The position numbers were made by a program, and so were the translations under genes. DNA of 64,000 nucleotides, taken from the NCBI RefSeq assembly GCF_000150275.1, contig NW_002060953.1, forward strand, positions 1,089,693-1,153,692, read 5' to 3'. The notes under the pieces are model-generated. The model did no database searches. It was not told the origin of the DNA and saw only the letters and a program-made list of their open reading frames with translations. The stretch comes from Trichoplax adhaerens (Eukaryota > Animalia > Placozoa). Of this stretch, positions 57,057 to 64,000 are shown piece by piece. Numbering within the stretch: the first letter of the stretch is position 1; each line of letters begins with the position of its first letter.

Positions 57057-60000
57057 GATGGAATTTGAAAATAAATCAAGATTAAACTAAGAAGAAAAAA
57101 ACGATAGGATAGTTTAAATACTTTAAAATTGATCAACGAAAGTTAGGAAGGTTTTTGGCCCAATGTGATCTTCTTGAACAGAGACGACTGAAGAAATTAA
57201 AACTATTATATTATTATTGAAATGACAGTGACAGCATAAAGCTTTCAGAATTGCACTGACAATTCCTGGATGAATGGCACAGACGAACGATGAAAGTATT
57301 TAGACTTGAATTCAGAAATTATTTTTAATCAACTATAGTTTGGAGCTGCTAATTGATTCTAGAGATGATTTCAAAATATTGACTGGTTCCTTTAAATGAT
57401 GTTGGTCAATTTTAATTAGTGCTTTCAAAGAATAGAAATGGCTACATAAATCAAGTTGGAAAGTCGTGATAAAGTGGTAATGATCTTACAGCAAGGTTTG
57501 AGTTGAGAAAATTCCTTAACAGAGAACAGTTGGCTTCTTCAATAAAAGAAAAGTTGATTTATGGCTGTTAATTTTTGTAATAATATTTTAAAATAAAAAA
57601 TTATTTAAAAAGATTAATATCATTAATACCAATCTGTTATAAATGCAGGAATAAATGATGCTGGTTGTATGTTGGTTGAGATAGAAAGAAGTTGATAATA
57701 TTATTTTAATAGGTATACTTCAAATGATAATCGCTTGTTAGGATTTGAAAAGGCATCCAGATCAAAACTATTGGTTCTGAAAATCTGCTAAATAGCCATC
57801 ATAAAGCCATGCTATAGTACTGCTGAGAGAAAATGAATTAGGAACTTTGGATACCTTGAAGATATACCCAAGATAATTAAATTGATGAGTTTACATTTGA
57901 TTTGACAGCGGAAAATTCTCATCCATCGAACAATAAATATTCTTTTCTAATTCAACATTAAAGTTATTGAATAGAAAATAGAATAATAATATCATCTAAT
58001 AAAAGGTTCTTAATTAGATAAGCATTCTATGTTAAAAGAAAAGATTCCAGTATTTCTCTAAGTTGTTGCATTAAAATGCACCTGTCGTTAATTCTACACT
58101 ACTTTCATAGTACATTCTAATTTTATTATTCATAATAAACTTGTGATACGGCCTTGAAATAAGTATGGTCATAGTCTATCAAGGCCATTAATTATGGATG
58201 ATGCATAGTTACAATTAATGATTAATAATGGTCTCTTCAAAAGACACTGTGCCATTTTTAATATTTGCGTAGACAGCATTATTTTCTGTTGTATTTGAAA
58301 TAACTTATTGCATTAGCTTACATCTATTTCCTTAAATTAATCGATTTTGATTTACGCCAGCCAAGTAATGAAGCATAGTGAAGCTAAATATTGATGCTTA
58401 GGAAGACATCAAGATAGCATTACCGATATTTATTTAGCTTATTCGAGTACCTCGGTTATAAGAATACTGCAATTCAAGTTGAACATGCTATATGTAGCAT
58501 CTAGATAGTATTGATTGAATTAGTTAGTGAGAGCGCTTTAGCTAGGACCTATTAGTTATTACTTTAGAAATGTATAGTTATAGATAGCTATTTTCTAACT
58601 TTAATTCTAAACCACTAAGCATTGGCTTTTACGTCAAATAATCAAGTTATAAATTGACGGTAAACATAATTTTATCGAATTTAAAATGTATATATACATA
58701 GAACCAAGTTTGGAAAATATAGAAGTATACACAAGAATGTTTATAAAAAATAATTTAAGCTACATATAAAAAATTGCAGTAATTAATTGATAGAAAAGAT
58801 GTTTATTGACTTTGTCTAAAAGTAACATAATCGCAGAGGTTACAAAAAAATCATAGCATACTCGTGGACATGAATTATTAACTGTGCTATTAGTAATAAA
58901 AAATTACAATAGACGTTATCTGGCTTTCAATCAAAATCAATAATTTATTATTATTTGTTTGAAGTAAATTTTAGAATCCAATACCTTCAACTTTCCCACT
59001 GTCTCTCCAATACTATAAAATTAGCTTTATTGCTAATCCGAATTTAATCTGGGTTCAAATTAAGTCACATGGATGCCAAAATTTAGTTGTTTACGACGAG
59101 GTCAAAGGATCTTATCATCTTCAATAGTCAAAATAGTATGTAACTGAGAGCTTTATTTGAAACTTGATGCCTTCACGTTAGGTCCGGCTTAATTTATTTC
59201 CAGGTTCATTAAAATTTTAGTTTTAGCATTTTTGATAAAAATTCAATCATTTACCGAAGCTAACAGCAAAGATTTCAAAATAGGTTGCTTTAAATAGTTA
59301 TTGCTTCGTCAGAAGTATTGGTAAGAAAGCCGTAGATGGAATAGAAACTGTACCTAAATTAAATGTAATGTCCAGTTCACTATTGGATTCCGTATTCATT
59401 CACTCAATACACCTTTCTCATAATTGCAAAGGTACAATTGATCAGAATGTCCTAATTTAATCAAAATATTCTAGCGATTAGAATATCTTTATATTTTAGG
59501 CCTATAATTTGCGATTTTGCATGCCAAAAGGTACTTGTTCATTACATTGTGGGGCAATCACTTATTGTAGATAACCAGTGGGATCATCTTGATAGGATTG
59601 AAACCCTCAATACTTGTATGCTAATATTACAGTGAATCACGAACCAACTTTTAAAGAAAGTAGGCTAACATGATGTCTAAAATATACACTGTACAGCCTC
59701 AACTTAGCTTAAAATTAAAATTATTAATCATCCTGTAACCAATTGCACGTAGAAGTCATGAATTTGGCTGCAAAATTTAGTAGTCTGATTGTAGGTAGAT
59801 AGTCCTTGATAGTCGTAAGATAAATGTGATTTTTATGTAATGAAGTGAAAGATACAAGAAACTGTAGTTCTTACTTCACTATTTTGAAGGGAATTTATTA
59901 TACTATATACAGCTATTTTTAGTCAGCTTAGCAGTGCATATGAGCACAAATGCGGCGTTTTTTCTTTACAGTATATTTAAAAAAAATATATCATAACGTA

Positions 60001-61194
60001 AACTTATATACTAGTTATGCACTAACATAATTTCAAATTATTGGGACAACTTTTTAATCGATTGATGTTGATGCATACAATACTGACATGACATCTTCAT
60101 TATTGTGTAACCTCATAATTAGTTTCATAGTAAAGTTATAAAGTAGCTGATATCATACAAGAAATAATTACTTTACCTTTTAAAAACAGATCATGAGCGA
60201 GATATTATAATCACGTTTAAAAGATTGTCACGGTACGAACTACCGTGAAGAAATACCTAAATTTGGTTAATATAATATAGTGATAATATATTACAACTAG
60301 TTACTTACAATAGGAATTACTCTAATTATAAATGTGTTACTGTAAATTTAATGCTTTGCTGTAATGTGCACTGAAATAATTCTGTGAATGGACATATTGC
60401 TGTTCGGCTGTGAAAAATTAGTTAGTAGATGTTCTTACCTAAGTATTTTTATAACATAACTCGTGAATGTTAGCTGCTGTAGAAGGGTATATAAGCCCGT
60501 CAGATAGTTGAGTAAAGTAGTTCTCAATTGTCTAGCTGAGTTTAACGTAGAATCAAAGGGGTCTAAATTCTTGTGAGTAGGAATACTGAATCCGCAGATT
60601 TTAAGAGATTTAGAGATTTATTTTACGTTATCCTTGTCACGAAGCTGGTTTGTGACTAAGATATTTACGAATTCGGAAGATACTGTAAGGATGGACAATA
60701 TGTACTCTAATTGTCAGCCGTTAATAACATGCGAGGCCTTTAAACAACACTAAACCTAATAAAAAAAGCAATTAACAACCTGGATATTATTCTTAAAAAA
60801 AAGCTAATAAATACGTTAAACTTTAGAATGGAGGATAGTTTCGGTTTCTGAACGTTGAGAATGCATATAATGACTCGAGTAAATAAAGCTGCCTTTATTG
60901 AATTTCTAAATTATGTGTATGCTGTGTTATGTAAGCGACGCCGATTATGAATTTGCGACCTACACGCTCCATTTTCACGTTTTATTAATATTCACCGGTT
61001 TATTTATTTGTTAATGTTAATAGCTGTAACGGAGTAACTTTTGCGTAGCTGTCATAACATAGATTTTATATGATAATTCATCTAGAAATATGTTTAAATA
61101 GCGTTATCTATGACTTTTTAAATATTTTTAATAGATAATTGCATAGCTTTATAACATTATCTATAAATTGATTACTAATATTTGTATCGTTTCA

Positions 61195-61332
61195 TTATAA
61201 ATTGACTGACCTTCCAATAAAGTTTGGGTTAAGTAATGTCTAAGAGAGACTAGTTGTGTTACCGTTCTTCCTGACTATAGGAGATCGTCAGTATTTAGAG
61301 TCGTTCTGAGGGTTAATGTCATGGAGGAAAAA
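61195..61332 (+). repeat. Dispersed repeat, copy 2
   Basis: Same-orientation diverged match to 34068-34252. Confidence 0.7.
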
Positions 61333-64000
61333 CCTGGCAGTAGACTCGTGGTATAGTTTCTACAATAGTTCTAACATTTCCTCGTTACAAATTTCAGTTT
61401 ATATCAATAGCATATAAAATTAGCGTTCTGTAATACAAGATCACGATTTCGTGCTAACGTCTTGATTCTTCAGAATTTAATAGGGGATAAACAAGGTCTT
61501 GCATATGATTCAGTTAATGATATCGATACCTGTCAACTAGTACTGCGGAGTAAATATCTTCATAGCTAAGCTAGTAATTCTTATAGAAATGAAATTCAAA
61601 TGCCAGAAATAAAGCTAGATTCTGAAGCTTTAACATTAAATTGATTTTTAACATTGAATTAGAATAGTCTCAACGGATAGAGGATGCATAAGAATTGATA
61701 ACTAAATCTTTTAATTACGGCTGTTACTGTTACTTATCATCGAGCAATTAATTATAAAAAATTAGTTTTAGCGCGATTATGTACAACCCTATATCCTACG
61801 TAATTGAAGATAGCAATACTACTTAGGAGATTTTTTTCATGAATCGAAAATTTATTATACTTTGACATCTATTAGAATTTGTAAATTTATACGTATCATT
61901 TATACTTTCAAGGGCATCCAGTATTAAGTTTGTAGATATTCTTTAGTTTAATTAAGATATAATTATGATATAAGTTATTTTTTATCTTAGATCTCAGGAA
62001 AATATCCTAACACCGGAGTATTTCTATCGGTAAGACATTGACTAAAACATTGTTACTTTCTCTTGTTCTTATAACAGTATCAATTTAGACGGATATCATA
62101 AAACAGCTTTGCAACAAGATAGCGTAATGTATGATCGATAAGTCAATTCCTTAAACCACGTATCAAGGAACGATATCTGCACTATTAGGAACACTTTTGC
62201 TGTACTAGTAAACTACACAAAGACTTAGACGCCTCGTATTTTACGTTAAACCATAAGTTTAAGAACTAACTTTATTATACGTTTAATGCATTTGGTATTC
62301 TTCCTCAATAGTTCATGAATCATAATTGGTACGATTAGCTTTGGATACATTCACTGAATAAGATAATAATTTTAGCTATTTTTCTCTAAAAATGCAGACA
62401 ACTGTACTTACAAACATAGATATCTGATGGCTAATACAGAATAGTCAGATTACGATATATCCTATCACGAGATATTTCCACGATAATTTAAAATCCACCA
62501 TAAGTAAGTTACAATCACAATGTTTCGAACTGTAAGTAGATAATTTGCATTCTCTAATATAACTATTAATTTCGATATATACTAGGTTACGGTCATAAAA
62601 AGCCAGTGCTACATTAAAACACGGTATATCCAAATTAGAAGTTAACTAAATACGGATAGGCTAACAAAGTTATCCTAACATAGATATTTCTACTCTAATG
62701 AAGTATATAACACTGTCACAACGGATAAGACATTAGCTAATCATCCAATATCTTGTCGATATAATGAAGAGTCTTGTTTAATTTTTACTACTGTAGATGA
62801 AGCATTATTTTAATTATATACCATTGAATTTACACACTTAGAAACTAAGCAACTATTAATTAATTCCGATTATCATAGCCTTACAGCTATTATCTAAAAT
62901 TTTACTAAGTAAAGATTTTGTATTATATAAGCTCCATTATTGCATGAATAGATTAAATTATTATCTAATCGATATCGTGCATATATTGATCATATTCCAA
63001 GAATCTTTCATCAAATGCGACAATATTGGTTCTCTTTTAATTGTGCATGTAAGATTAGTATTATTACTTCAAACAATACATCGGTACAAGAATTTGAACA
63101 AAAATGAATTATTTTGGTTTTGTGCTATAAAGAATATAGTTTGATGTTTATTGAATTTTACATATGTGTTAACAATACAACCACAAAAAACGTTCTTATT
63201 CCTAATGACAGAATTTTATTTGCAATACTTTCATCCAAATAACTAACTAAGGTTCTTAATTTTAAATTCTTCAATTAAACCCATCTTTTCCTCGATAATG
63301 CGAGAAAAACTTTCTAAACTTGGATAGAATCACTGCCCTATATAATAGTGCATCTTTAGAAAATGTATTTATAAAAGATTTAAATTATTCTTACAACACT
63401 GCAAAGAATAATCGTTCTCAGTTAATAAAGCTAGCGGTAAATTTCAGATTATGGTAATAACATTAAAATATCAATGGATTAATTTTATTTTAGTATTTTT
63501 AACCTAGATAAAGTATTTAATTTTTGTTAAGATGTTTTTACCTTTTTGATGCCATTGTGACATCATATTTATCCAATACAGTTTTGAGCATTGTATAAAT
63601 TTATTAACTTTAATACAATACAACAATAAAGCGATAATATTGACTAATCCTTAATATTATTGTATTATTATAATTGGAGGAATTGTTACTAAAATTGTTG
63701 TCCTTGCGCTCCTTTTACATATTCATATAATTACCTTAAGCATAAACAATGTCTATCTATAATTAATGCTATGTTCAAATTTGTCAGTCATGATGATCTA
63801 AAAATATGACGATATAAACTGAACTACAATTGTCAAAACTATCAATGCCATGCAAGATGCTATAGTTTAAATGGTCGTAATCATGTCAGCATTTATATTA
63901 TTCATTATTGATTAAAATCGGTATGTATATTTTCAAGGTGATGTCACGTTAGTATTCTGACGGATTAATTAATGTTTGACTTTGAAATGAAGGTAATAGC

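Noticed and set aside
58300-64000. Possible genes or RNA genes in the final 6 kb
   Set aside because: No convincing exons, tRNA, rRNA or snRNA signatures seen by eye; only weak degenerate repeats near 62.0-62.75 kb.

Overview
AT-rich eukaryotic genomic DNA with short GT-AG introns. Gene style and composition suggest an early-branching animal, most likely a placozoan such as Trichoplax (inference, not verified). Seven protein-coding genes can be built by hand: (1) the 3' ~18.4 kb of a giant (>5,900 aa) Ala/Glu/Lys-rich helical protein, with a >16.7-kb exon and a C-terminal domain matching the dynein heavy-chain microtubule-binding domain (MTBD); (2) AMMECR1 (5 exons, minus); (3) CLNS1A/pICln (7 exons, plus), head-to-head with AMMECR1; (4,5) two tandem 14-exon cAMP-receptor-like (Dicty_CAR/GCR1-type) GPCR paralogues (minus); (6) a 2-exon secreted precursor with an acidic pro-region and a cationic tail starting with 10 consecutive Arg; (7) an intronless rhodopsin-class GPCR (minus). 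Non-coding features are four local tandem-repeat arrays, a dispersed repeat pair and a 50-N assembly gap. Main leads: a dynein-type MTBD on a giant hendecad-repeat rod with no motor domain in view; repeat copies differing by TA->TACAGTA/TACTGTA insertions that resemble stacked Tc1/mariner excision footprints; and a candidate antimicrobial or cell-penetrating peptide precursor.
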